Part shown: one piece after another, positions 28,308 to 39,719 of the stretch
Numbering within the stretch: position 1 is the first letter of the stretch
Layout: every line of letters begins with the position of its first letter
Assembly (NCBI GenBank): GCA_964016885.1
Contig: OZ024746.1
Coordinates: forward strand, 45,012,001 to 45,076,000
From: Eledone cirrhosa
Taxonomy: Eukaryota
Length of the DNA stretch: 64,000 nt
Direction: 5' to 3'
The notes under the pieces: model-generated
Told to the model about the DNA's origin: nothing
Databases searched by the model: none
The model's input: only the letters and a program-made list of their open reading frames with translations
Translations under genes and position numbers: made by a program

Positions 28308-28939
28308 TAAAAGGAAAAGAAAATTCTGACAAATTGTTCCCAGTGAAAAATAGTTTAATTAGGAATAAGTAAAAATTAGTAATATTATTGGTTAGAATTC
28401 AGTTTTGGTTTTAAGTTTTACCGGTTGCGCATTTCTAATGCTTTTCAAAAATAATTTTGAGATAGAGCGCCCGTGATGTTTGCTCTAATCTAATTAGTTT
28501 TGGAAATTCTACCTGTTTTATGTAACAAAAGTGGCTCCAGATGTATGAAAAAATTATTGTGGTCAAAACAATTTTGATTGGTCGGTAGAGGTCATGTGAA
28601 TGTTAAAAATTGATTTTGCGCCAAATGTAGGTTTGTCTCTGCTGATTGAGAAGTCACTGAAAAATAAGTCTTTTAAGACAAATATGTGTGTGTGTGTGTG
28701 TGTAGTAGTAGTAGTAAAGAGGTTCGTTGTTGTGATAATGGTCAGCAGGGATGTGTGTGCGAACCGCAGCCTGCTGATAGGTCAACAGTGCAGATGCCTA
28801 TTAAGACAAGTGTGTGTGTGTGTGTGTAGCAGAGTAATTCGTCGTAGAGGGATCGGTCAGTAGGAATGTGTCTGTAAGTGTGTGGGGGATATTTTAACAT
28901 GTTAAAATATATTTTTCAGCTCTTGTCTTATATGGAGAA

Positions 28940-28979
<40 letters not shown>

Positions 28980-31002
28980 CTCTTTGTATGTTAGTGTACG
29001 CGTGTGTATGTGTGTGTATATATATATATATGTGTGTGGGTGTGAATGTGTGTGTGTGTGAGGGTGGACCAATATGTTTGTGATACTGGTAAAAATGGTG
29101 TACATTATTCGATATTTTCAGTAAAAACGATTCTCTTAATAGAACATCAAAAACCTTAATAATAAAAGGTGTGAAATTATATATAGTATTGGCATAAGAC
29201 CAAGGTGTGTGTCCAGATTGAACGTACTGCAAGGGGAATTCATTAGGCCTTGCCGTATTGGAATACTTGTGTACAAATATGTATGTGCCCATCAGTGTGC
29301 AATGCATGTGTGCGTATATGTATGTGTGTGTGTCGGCACGAAAACATCCCACTTATGCCAACCTAGTCATGGGGTACCTGGAAATCACCCTCTACACTAA
29401 AGTACTAAACAAATTTGGAAACACTCTCCACTTACACATAGAAAGGAACTGGAAGCGATATCTAGATGATTTCTTCATCCTTTGGCACGAAAACATCGAG
29501 AAACTTAAAGAATTTCACACCCTTTTAAATGGGCTCAACACGAATATTAACTTCACGATGGAATACAGCCATCAACAACTCCTCTTCCTCGACATCCTCA
29601 TTAAGATTCATAACAAAAAAATAGAAACAGACATATACTACAAGCCCACAGACTCCAAGCAATATCTTCCTCTCAACTCGTGCAACCCTAGTCACATTAA
29701 AATTAATATTCCCTACAACTTAGCCAAGAGAATATGTACTATAGTCTCCAATAAAAACACCTGTTATTACGGCTACAAGAACTAAAGGACACACTCATAG
29801 GCAGGGACTACCCTGCATCACTAATTGACAATGGAATCCAACGTGCCCTAAAACTCAGTACCCAGGTCCTTAGACACCCTAAAGTAAATCAACCGAAACT
29901 AAAAGATCTTCCATACATCTCCACACACAACCCCCTCAACAATGAGGCCTTTGACACCATTCTCCAGAACATACCTGTGTTAAAAAAGGACCATAGATTG
30001 AACCAAATCCTACGAACACACGATATCATAAAGAGCAAAAGACAATCTAAGTCAATGAAAAACATCCTAACACATGCCAAAGTACTGCCAACAACAACAA
30101 CGAAACCCACAGTAAAAAAATCCGATAGACCCAACTGTGGCATATGCATCAACCTAATAGAGGGTTCGGAATTCTATTTCAAAGAAGGACAACGTTTTAT
30201 AGTAAAACACAATTTCACATGCGCATCAGAAAATCTAATATATGTATTAACTTGCTCAGGTTGTCGAGAACAATACATAGGCCACACCAAGAACAGCCTC
30301 CGCCAACGGATGACTGTCCATAGATCCCAAATTAAAATACGGGAATACAGGAAAATACCACTGAGTGAACACATTGATACCTGTGCCGCCCAAAATCATC
30401 CCAACTTCAGAATATTTCCCCTCTACAAATTTAAAGATAATGCCACCCACACCCAGCGCATCAGCAAGGAATCTTACTTTATTAACAAATACGGACCCGT
30501 CTAAACACTTCTCCCTAAGACGAACCCACAACATACACACGTCAACATACATACCTACATCAGCATACATCCTACATACATCTCTATCCACATATAAACA
30601 CAATGACAAACGTAAACACACATGCTCTATGGTGCAACACAAATATACACAAATTTGCATACTTTTTGATGTCTATAGATATAAACGTGCCGACACACAC
30701 ACTTACATATACGCACACATGCATTGCACACTGATGGGCACATACATATTTGTACACAAGTATTCCAATACGGCAAGGCCTAATGGATTCCCCTTGCAGT
30801 ACGTACAATCTTTTATTAAGGTTTTTGATGTTCTATTGAGAGAATCGATTTTGCTGAAAATATCGAATAATGTACACCATTTTTACTAGTATCACAAATT
30901 ACTGGTACACCCACCCACACACACACACACATTCACACACACACATACACACACGCATATATACACACACACATACGCACGCGTACACTAACATACACAG
31001 AG

Positions 31003-31050
<48 letters not shown>

Positions 31051-31687
31051 CTCCGTATAAGACAAGAGCTGAAAAATATCTTTTAACATGTTAAAATATC
31101 CCCCACACACTTACAGACACATTCCTACTGACCGATCCCTCTACGACGAATTACTCTGCTATACACACACACACACACACACACACACTTGTCTTAATAG
31201 GCATCTGAACTGTTGACCTATCAGCAGGCTGCGGTTCGCACACACATCCCTGCTGACCATTATCACAACAACGAACCTCTTTACTACTACACACACACAC
31301 ACATATTTGTCTTAAAAGACTTATTTTTCAGTGACTTCTCAATCAGCAGAGACAAACCTACATTTGGCGCAAAATCAATTTTTAACATTCACATGACCTC
31401 TACCGACCAATCAAAATTGTTTTGACCACAATAATTTTTTCATACATCTGGAGCCAATTTTGTCACATAAAAGAGGTACAATTTCCAAAACTAATCAGAT
31501 TAGAGCAAACATCACGGGCGCTCTATCTCAAAATTATTTTTGAAAAGCATTAGAAATGCGCAACCGGTGAAACTTAAAACCAAAACTGAATTCTAACCAA
31601 TACTTATTACTAATTTTTGCTTATTCCTAATTAAACTATTTTTCACTGGGAACAATTTGTCAGCATTTTCTTTTGCTTTTACCAATA
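28303..31687 (+). mobile_element. 5'-truncated Penelope-like retroelement with ~1-kb inverted terminal arms
   Basis: RT 'PTYANL...WKRYLDD...FLDI...YYKPTDSKQYL' (29340-29785) and GIY-YIG 'NLIYVLTCSGC..QYIGHT..LRQRMTVHR' (29977-30504). 28303-29340 is the inverse of 30686-31687; flanked by (TA)n; frameshifted. Confidence 0.93.
31537..31573 (+). ncRNA. Variant hammerhead-like motif (U3:A8, A13C) in the Penelope 3' arm
   Basis: ttt-TTGAAAA-GCATTagaAATGC-GCAA-CCGG-TG-aaa. The inverted arm and both arms of 23888-24280 have TA at the cleavage site. Confidence 0.5.
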
Positions 31688-31724
31688 TATCATAACTCGT
31701 GTGTTACACCTCTATTATTTTAAA

Positions 31725-31755
31725 TATATATAATATATATATATATATATGTATA

Positions 31756-31820
<65 letters not shown>

Positions 31821-31877
31821 GTATATATATGTATATATATGTATATATATATATATATATATATGTATATAAATGTA

Positions 31878-31960
<83 letters not shown>

Positions 31961-32007
31961 GTATATATATATGTATATGTATATATATATGTATATGTAT
32001 ATATATG

Positions 32008-32042
<35 letters not shown>

Positions 32043-32109
32043 GTATATGTATATATATATGTATATGTATATATATGTATATATATATATATGTATATGT
32101 ATATATATG

Positions 32110-32146
<37 letters not shown>

Positions 32147-32293
32147 GTATATGTATATATATGTATATGTATATATATGTATATATATGTATATATATAT
32201 ATGTATATATATATATGTATATATATGTATATATATATATGTATATATATGTATGTATATATATGTATATATGTATATATATGTATATATATG

Positions 32294-32325
<32 letters not shown>

Positions 32326-32417
32326 AGTATGTATGTATGTATCCGTACATACATATATGTATACATATATGTATATATATATATATGTATGTATTCGTAC
32401 ATACATATATGTATACA

Positions 32418-32477
<60 letters not shown>

Positions 32478-32585
32478 TATGTATGTATGTTTCCGTACAT
32501 ACATATATGTATACATATATGTATATATATATATATATATATATAAGTATGTATGTATGTTTCCGTACATACATATATGTATACA

Positions 32586-32619
<34 letters not shown>

Positions 32620-32647
32620 AGTATGTATGTATGTATCCGTACATACA

Positions 32648-32678
<31 letters not shown>

Positions 32679-32680
32679 TT
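31725..32680. repeat. Compound (TA)n/(TATG)n microsatellite with a higher-order ~60-bp unit
   Basis: Direct reading; 'TAAGTATGTATGTATGT.TCCGTACATACATATATGTATA' recurs four times between 32325 and 32655. Confidence 0.95.
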
Positions 32681-33839
32681 GTGTGTGTGTATGTTCTGTC
32701 GCGTGTATGTGTATGTGTGCGTGTGTGTGATTGTTTGTGGAGCTTATATTATGATATAAAAACAGAGACACAATGTATTTCTTCTACACATCCCTCCAAG
32801 TTTATGCTCACTATTTCCTCCATCATAAGTTCTATTGGATAATTATGATTATGATATAATATGACACTTGGCCCTGACGCAAGTTCACTTCCTCAGGTAT
32901 CAACAGCGTAGTGATATTTACCTTACTGCACTCCAACAACCTTGAATGTTAAGTTAACCTGTCCGGAATTTGAGCTCAGAGCCCAAAATGTCAGCAGGAA
33001 CACAAATAACATAATTCTGCCGCGCTTTCAAAAGTGCCAATTTATATTTTCATTTGTCTATGGATGTAAGACTAAATATGATACATTTAGTAAAGAAACA
33101 CTTTACAGTCACAGAGAGTCACATTTGTGATGCAGTTACAAAATGTGCTTTCGTTTTTCGGTATACGTGTATGCAGTTTACTTGGTGTGACAATTACCAC
33201 AATAATATATCTGTCGCATTAGTCGAAATATGGCATAAGCACATATTAATACTTTAGAAACAATAAACATTTATTTATTATTTATATATTTACTTTAATA
33301 TGTTTATTTCTGCGAATTCTATTACCCACCTGCAGTGAAAAATAATTATATAATTTTCTAATGCGGTGGTAATCATAATATTGTTTGATATTAGGAGGTA
33401 TGTGTGATTATTATTGATTATATAAAATTGAGTAACTTTAAACTGATCCTATCCTACTACACCTTGTGTTACACTGGTCATTGTTTTATATCTAAACAAT
33501 AGAAGAATATATCAAATGGAAATTTGTGCAGAAAAATACTAACACGTAATAAACGCAACCATATGTGTATGCAAAAAGTATTCTATTTCTTATTAAGTCG
33601 TAAAACAGTTTTTTAAAGAATTTAAAAGAAGATGTGTGTGAAAGCAAAGTTTTATTTGATGAAGTACCAGTCAGTCAATAGACAGCATCTCAGGGGGTGT
33701 CTAGCTGAAGGTTAGGGAAATAGTTGGTGACATCGAGGATAATTGAAGAGTATTGAGAAATGTTCACATAAGATCATAAAATATTAGCAGAAACGAACCG
33801 AGAGGAAGATTTGTTCCACATAATGTTTTCTTTTAACAG

Positions 33840-33985
33840 TAATGAGAGTGAACAGCGAAGTGGTAGTATCAGCAGTACCAGCTGCATTTTCAACAGTAGT
33901 AGTAGTTGTAGTAGTAGTAGTAGTGATGGTTGTGAGGGTGGTAGTAATGGCCGTGGTGCAATTATTAATAGTGGTTGTGGTGGCA
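33840..33985. repeat. (TAG/TGG)n low-complexity repeat
   Basis: Degenerate trinucleotide run. Confidence 0.7.
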
Positions 33986-33989
33986 GTGC

Positions 33990-35210
33990 TGCATCGCTGC
34001 AATGCACAGCGGCATCTGCTCGGTGGTCAAAGTTAATGGCCATCTTTCAGAACCGTTTCAGATCTCCCGATCGGTCTGTAAGCGGTGCCTTCTCTCCTCA
34101 CTTCTGTACGTATTGACCCTTAAGCCTTTACTGTGGAAGAAGCAGCTGTTCCATGCTGTGTCGACATAAGCGGACGATAACACCATGATAACACCAAATC
34201 GAGGTGGTCGACAACGTCTTAGAGAAATAGGAAAGGTTGACAGGAGCAAAACTAAAATCGGAAAATTCGGTTGATAGCTATGCACCTGGAGAGGCAAATC
34301 CATGCCGCTCAACAGCGTCGTTAGGCGCTGCACAGACGGACTGGTAAAGCAGCTCGGGGTATGGCTCGGACCAGACCTCCAGAATTGGGGCCACGTTAAG
34401 AACAGGGTAGCCACTCTCATCCAGAAATGGGCCGAGAGAAAGCTGTCCCTGAAAGATCAGGCTTACGTGGTAAACGCCTACACCCCGCCCGTCATCTACT
34501 ACCGTCTGACCGTCGTGCCTTTTCGCAGCTCATCTCTTTGACTGAGCTGCAGTCCTAGATCAAGAAGAGACCGAGACTGGGCGCCTGGCGCCCCGGAATG
34601 TTGCCAGGTGCCCACTGCCCTCTACCAGCTGGACACTAGTAATGGTGGAACATCCACCTCGGCGTTCTATAGAGGACTAGTGGAGAAGAAGTGCGACGAC
34701 GTTCTCGGGGAGACCCTGTGCGTCGAAGACAATCAGCTGTTCGCTCTCTTTGGGAAAACTAACAGCTGGGGCCTATGGAAAACTTCCAGAAACCCCTGGC
34801 CTGGCAGTGCTACCGGGGAGCATTGCCGGTTCGAGATAAGTTCTACAGGCATGGAAGTGCCGTCAGCCGATCCTGTACGAGATGCGTGCAGGGTGACGAA
34901 ACCATCGCGCACGCACTCGTTGAGTGCCCGAACAGTTGCTGTCGTTTGTAGAACGGATCCGGTTATCGACTGAGTCCATTGTGCAGATAGGCCCGCCGTC
35001 CTCCTTTGAGGAGGAAGGGCAGGCAGTTTTCATCTTCCTGGTAGCCAGGGCGAAAGAGATTGTGTGGTGGTCAAGGTTGAAAGTATTGAAGACGTACACT
35101 TTCCTGTTCGGTGAATCCCTGATTAACTTTTTCAAATTTCACTTGAAGAGGAAAATCTGGTTGGAGAGGCAAGTGCTGTCTTCTAGTAGGTTTGTTGAAA
35201 GGTGGCGGTG
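33990..35210 (+). mobile_element. Decayed Tx1/L1-like LINE (RT and C-terminal region, internally deleted)
   Basis: Pieces read 'VKVNGHLSEPFQISRSV..CLLS.LLYVL.L.PLL', 'ADDNT', 'LGVWLGPDLQ', 'W..RKLSLK' and 'FFKFHLKRKIWLER'. Confidence 0.8.
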
Positions 35211-35328
35211 ATGGTAATTTTGCAATACATGGTGAATCAAAAGATTTAAACAATAATATATATTCCTACAAATTATGTTTTAGTATCATAGTCATTGCTT
35301 ACTTGCTGATTCCTCTCATTTTGCTGGT

Positions 35329-35578
35329 TTATGAAAATAATTGTTTCTACTTTTGGCACAAGGCCAGCAATTAACCAGTGCATTACTGGTACTTTATTTT
35401 ATCGACCCCGTAAGGATGAAAGGCAAAGTTAATCTCGGCTTATGAAAATAATTGTTTCTACTTTAGGCACAAGGCCAGCAATTACCCAGTGCATTACTGG
35501 TACTTTATTTTATCGACCCCGTAAGGATGAAAGGCAAAGTCAACCTCGGCGGGATTTGAACTCAGATCGTAAAGGGAC
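35329..35578 (-). mobile_element. SINE fragments in tandem duplication
   Basis: ~110-bp unit 'TTATGAAAATAATTGTTTCTAC...CTCGGC' repeated head to tail. Confidence 0.85.
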
Positions 35579-35890
35579 AATGATAATCAATTAGATTAGT
35601 TTCTTTATTTAGATGGATTCGATAAAACTGATTAACTAACTTGAAGAATTTCAAGTGAAATCTTTTCAGGTGAAATTTCGCAGTAAATGTTTGTTTCAAA
35701 AATCACTACATGTTGGATCAGTTATACATGTTATATCGATTTAAATGCAGACAACTTAGCTTTAAATTTGATGTTTATTTCTAATACGTTGTGTGTTCAA
35801 TATTTGCAGACCTTGAAAAAAAATACAAGTATTATTTGAAAACAGGCGAATTAGATTAAAATAGAACGTGAACTGCTAGTATGAACCCGA

Positions 35891-36080
35891 GCGGTGGATT
35901 GGCAGTATCCGTAGAGGGTCGGACGCCATGCTTTCCAGCATAGTTACGTCCCTTTACGATCTGAGTTCAAATCCCGCCGAGGTTGACTTTGCCTTTCATC
36001 CTTACGGGTTCGATAAAATAAAAGTACCAGTAATGCACTGGGTAATTGCTGGCCTTGTGCCTAAAGTAGAAACAAATAAT
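35891..36080 (+). mobile_element. Full-length tRNA-derived SINE
   Basis: A-box-like TGGCAGTATCCGTAG, B-box GAGTTCAAATCCC, conserved core and AT-rich tail. Confidence 0.9.
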
Positions 36081-36148
36081 TATTTTATGTATAAGAATAA
36101 ATTATGATGTGCTCATCCTATTTTATAAGCTATCTTTATGGCATCTGT

Positions 36149-36504
36149 ATACTTCTTCCGATATCACTTCGGAAGAAGGATAAGAATGGAGAGAGAGGTG
36201 CTTGGCCACAGGCAGTTTTATGAAAGGTGGGTGATAGTGGCGAGAATGGCTCGTGTAAATGGGCCTTCTCTGTATACCATCCTGTAGGTAAAGAAGTAAA
36301 GGAGAGGGGAGCACCTTCTCCATGTGCTCCCCGGGCAAAGGATTGCACACTTTTTCGGGGGTGTGTGCAACCCCCATCACGTCCCCTCCCTTTTGAGGTT
36401 ATTTTCGATTATTTTCATGTTACACCCTTTTTACTCGATTATATGTAAACTCCCCCTTTGTATTTGTCCCTTCTTTTTATGCCTTTATGGTAAATAAAGA
36501 AATA
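36149..36504 (+). mobile_element. 5'-truncated Tx1-like LINE 3' end with an 18-bp target-site duplication
   Basis: TATCTTTATGGCATCTGT at 36131-36148 and 36505-36522; reads 'RRIRMEREVLGHRQFYERW'; AATAAA near the end. Confidence 0.8.
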
Positions 36505-36539
36505 TATCTTTATGGCATCTGTGCGCTTGAGCATATCAT

Positions 36540-36659
<120 letters not shown>

Positions 36660-36736
36660 ACAAAGAGCGTGTGGTAAGATACCAAGTGGAGTATAGCACA
36701 CCATAGTACTCAATACGTAGTGTAGTAGAGTGGGTA

Positions 36737-36874
36737 ATAGGAAAAGAGTCAGGACCCCGACGGCTGACCTCCGGCCGTTTCGACAGCTAGATCCAAACTA
36801 GGATCCAAACTAATTCGGATCTAGCTGTCGAAACGGCCGGACCTCAGCGGTCGGGGTCCTGACTCTTTTCCTAT
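36737..36874. repeat. GC-rich inverted repeat, ~58-bp arms
   Basis: 36737-36794 is a near-perfect reverse complement of 36817-36874. Confidence 0.9.
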
Positions 36875-37013
36875 ATGTATGCATGTATATATATATTGTA
36901 AGCTCTTAAAAGTCGAGAATTCGGCATTGTTCGTTGTTTGTTTACGAAATTATTGCTATTGTTTCTTTGCTTGGTTTTTTGTAAATATGTTTGTTTCAAA
37001 TACAGATTATAGT

Positions 37014-37182
37014 ATGGCGTTCATCCAGAAATACTGGAAGACATCTCTATTGATGATTGCAGTAATTGTAACTTCCTACGGTCAACTGTTTCCGGTGTAC
37101 AACTCAAATATAACGATAAAGGGAAAAGAATTTCTAGATATAAGTTCCTACGGTGCATCTTCAACGAATCAAACTGAAAACA
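37014..37182 (+). CDS. Pif/BMSP-like secreted protein, first coding exon (signal peptide)
   Basis: Acceptor tacag|37006, ATG at 37014, MAFIQKYWKTSLLMIAVIVTSYG-QLFP..., donor gtaagc at 37183 (phase 1, compatible with the next exon). Confidence 0.75.
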
Positions 37183-37427
37183 GTAAGCTGCTTTGATATG
37201 TCTTTTTCCCTCTATGCGTTTTATTTTGCAACTTTTGTAACAACAGTTTCACATATACGATTACAACCAAATATAATGTACTCATATAGAAAAGACATTT
37301 GATTGATGTTTATTCAAAGAATATTTTTAATTATAAGGGACCGTTAGGATTTTATGAACATCGTGTTCCATTATTAGCAGTAGTCCTATTTTCCCCGTCC
37401 CCAAAATTGCTGGCCTTGTGCCTATAT

Positions 37428-38348
37428 ATTCCTCGGCGCCTGCTGTTGGGGTTTGCAGGAGTATGGGATCGATGTTCAAGCCCTTGCTACCCTGATGTAT
37501 TTATACTAATGCCCACGTATTTGTGTTCGGATAAATGGTGCTAAATCGAATCCATTCAATACGGGTGTCGGACTCTGCCAAGGGTGCATACTACTTACTT
37601 CTATTCAGAGATTATTACTAATAATGGTTTCTTATATAGGCACAAGGCCAGTCATTTTGGGGGTGGGGAAAGTCGATTAAATCGACCCCAGTGCGTGACT
37701 GGTACTTTATTTTATCAACCCCGTAAGGATGAAAGGCAAAGTTAACCTCGGTGGGATTTGAACTGAGATCATAAAGAGCCGTAACTCTATGTTGCAAGCA
37801 TGTCGTTTGACCCTCTACCGATACTGCCAATCCACCGCCTTAGGACTATTGCTAATAATTGTTTCTACTTTTGGCACAAGGCCAGCAATAACCCAGTACA
37901 TTACTGGTACTTTAAGAAACCATTATTAGCAAAAGGGCGGTGGATTGCCAGTATCGGTAGAGCGTCGGACGCCTTGCTTTGACGCAAAGAGTTACGGCCC
38001 TTTCCATTCTGAGTTCAAATCTCGCTGAGGTTAACTTTGCCTTTCATCCTTATAGGGTCGATAAAATAAAGTACCAGTCACGCATCGAGGTCGATTTAAT
38101 CGACTTTCCCCACCCTCAAAATTACTGGCTTTGTGCCTATATAAGAAACCATTATTAGTAATAATCTCTGAATAGAAGTAAGTAGTATGCACCCTTGGCA
38201 GAGTCCGACACCCGTATTGAATGGATTCGATTTAGCACCATTTCTCCTAACACAAATACTTGGGCATTAGTATAAATACATCAGGGTAGCAAGGGCTTGA
38301 ACATCGATCCCATACTCCTGCAAACCCCAACAGCAGGCCCAGAGGAAT
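37428..38348. repeat. ~410-bp diverged inverted repeat (Penelope 3' UTR plus a SINE in each arm)
   Basis: 37428-37838 is approximately the reverse complement of 37935-38348; SINEs at 37620-37838 (-) and 37935-38160 (+). Confidence 0.85.
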
Positions 38349-38349
38349 G

Positions 38350-38790
38350 AGGTTATATGGCTTTTCAAAGTGAACTAAACAAGAATATACCTCTTGGCAA
38401 TACTGCCACGATTTCTGGAAGACCTGTCACATTGTGAATATATGCGAAAACTATACTGTTCATCAACTTACAGGACACTCCTCTATTTCCATATATCCTG
38501 GATTTGGTTAGGGCGTTCCATTGAATGGAGAATTTCACGTCTGCATGCATGGGTGACCGCTCATGGCTGGCCAGCTTCGTTTATGATCGCTTATCAAAGT
38601 GTCTAAATGTCGTCTGACGGTTAATGAAGCTTTCTTTAAACTGACTCTCCGACATACCTACACATGGCTGGAACTCCTGTTGTTGATTCAGTCGAGTGGT
38701 TGTAACTACATCCTTATAGACGGCTGATGTGTTACATTGTTGTTGAAGAGGGCATAAAATTGAAATTCCATGAATAATAATAGCCATATA
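38350..38790 (-). mobile_element. Penelope-like GIY-YIG remnant
   Basis: 'CPL...C....VYK...VGMSESQFKE....TFRH' and 'FSIQWNALTKSRIYG...SCKL', homologous to ORF 26857-27153. Confidence 0.65.
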
Positions 38791-38808
38791 TATATATATA
38801 TATATATA

Positions 38809-39105
38809 TAGTTATGTAATAAACAACATAAGGCAATTATTCCATTTACCAGTGGTTTCTTAAAAGCAAAAGATTTTGCTTTCAATCCTGGTCTGTTTAT
38901 TGAATTTGGATTTTAAAATCCAAATTCAATAAACAGACCAGGATTTTTTTCATTCTGAGGATTGAAAGCAAAATCTTTTGCTTTTAAGAAACCACTGGTA
39001 AATGGAACAATTGCTTATGTTGTTTATTACATAACTATTAAGCTCTGTTACCTACATAGAGCACTCTTTTTTCCTGGATTTTTCCGACGGAATTACTTCA
39101 TTTAC
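38809..39105. repeat. Nested palindromic repeat remnant
   Basis: Outer arms 38809-38889 and 38958-39038; perfect spacer-less 60-bp palindrome at 38885-38944. Confidence 0.9.
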
Positions 39106-39387
39106 ACACATATATATATATAACGGCGATGAATTAATTTTGCGAGATTTTTGATATGAAATCGTGTGTCGAAACAAATATATTAAACAATTATACTTGG
39201 GGAGGGTCATATTTGTGTAATATTGCCAGAATTAATAACAGAACACACTCACTGTTTGGTTGGTTTTCGCTTTTCGCTTCTGTGTCTTTTATATCGGTAA
39301 TCTAATTTATTCGGTCCTCAATGTTGCCATTGACTGACCAACGGTCAACAATAATACAGATACAATATAGACACAAACACATATATA

Positions 39388-39432
39388 TAGTTTATCATAA
39401 ATCTTTCGTTGCACATCTGCAACATCGTCAGT
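39388..39432 (-). ncRNA. Hammerhead-like core in the pseudo-LTR (second copy ~43639-43683)
   Basis: CTGACGA-t-GTTGCAgatgTGCAAC-GAAA-gATTTATgATAAAc-TA on the element's sense strand; stem I pairs poorly. Confidence 0.45.
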
Positions 39433-39719
39433 GGTGCTATTGTTTCCTCCCGTTACATTGTATTTTCTACGCCATCTTTATTTAGTCTGTTTATATATTT
39501 ATTTATGCGTTTGTTTATTTTATTTTGTCTTCTTTGCGCATGCGTTTGCGTGTGTGTATAGTGTTTTGTTTGATGTGTGTTCGTGATAGGGTGGCTGTGT
39601 ATTGGTAAATGTATTCTATCTTTACTAGTGTGTGTTTATATGTGCTTGTTGTTATTGTGCTTGTGTATGTATTTATTTATTTATTTATCTATTTATTTAT
39701 TTATTTATACTTCTCTTAG

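Noticed and set aside
31704-32842. Long ORFs (up to 355 aa) of YI/HT/CV repeats here and throughout
   Set aside because: They are translations of dinucleotide microsatellites.
33774-34116. Thr-, Ser- or Val-rich ORFs resembling mucin
   Set aside because: Trinucleotide repeat running into a LINE remnant; no convincing splice context.
35891-35980. tRNA gene
   Set aside because: tRNA-like head of a multi-copy SINE; no complete cloverleaf.
38955-38990. CTGAGGA-tt-GAAA-GCAAAATCTTTTGC-TT hammerhead-like string
   Set aside because: No stem II and stem I does not pair; at most a relic.
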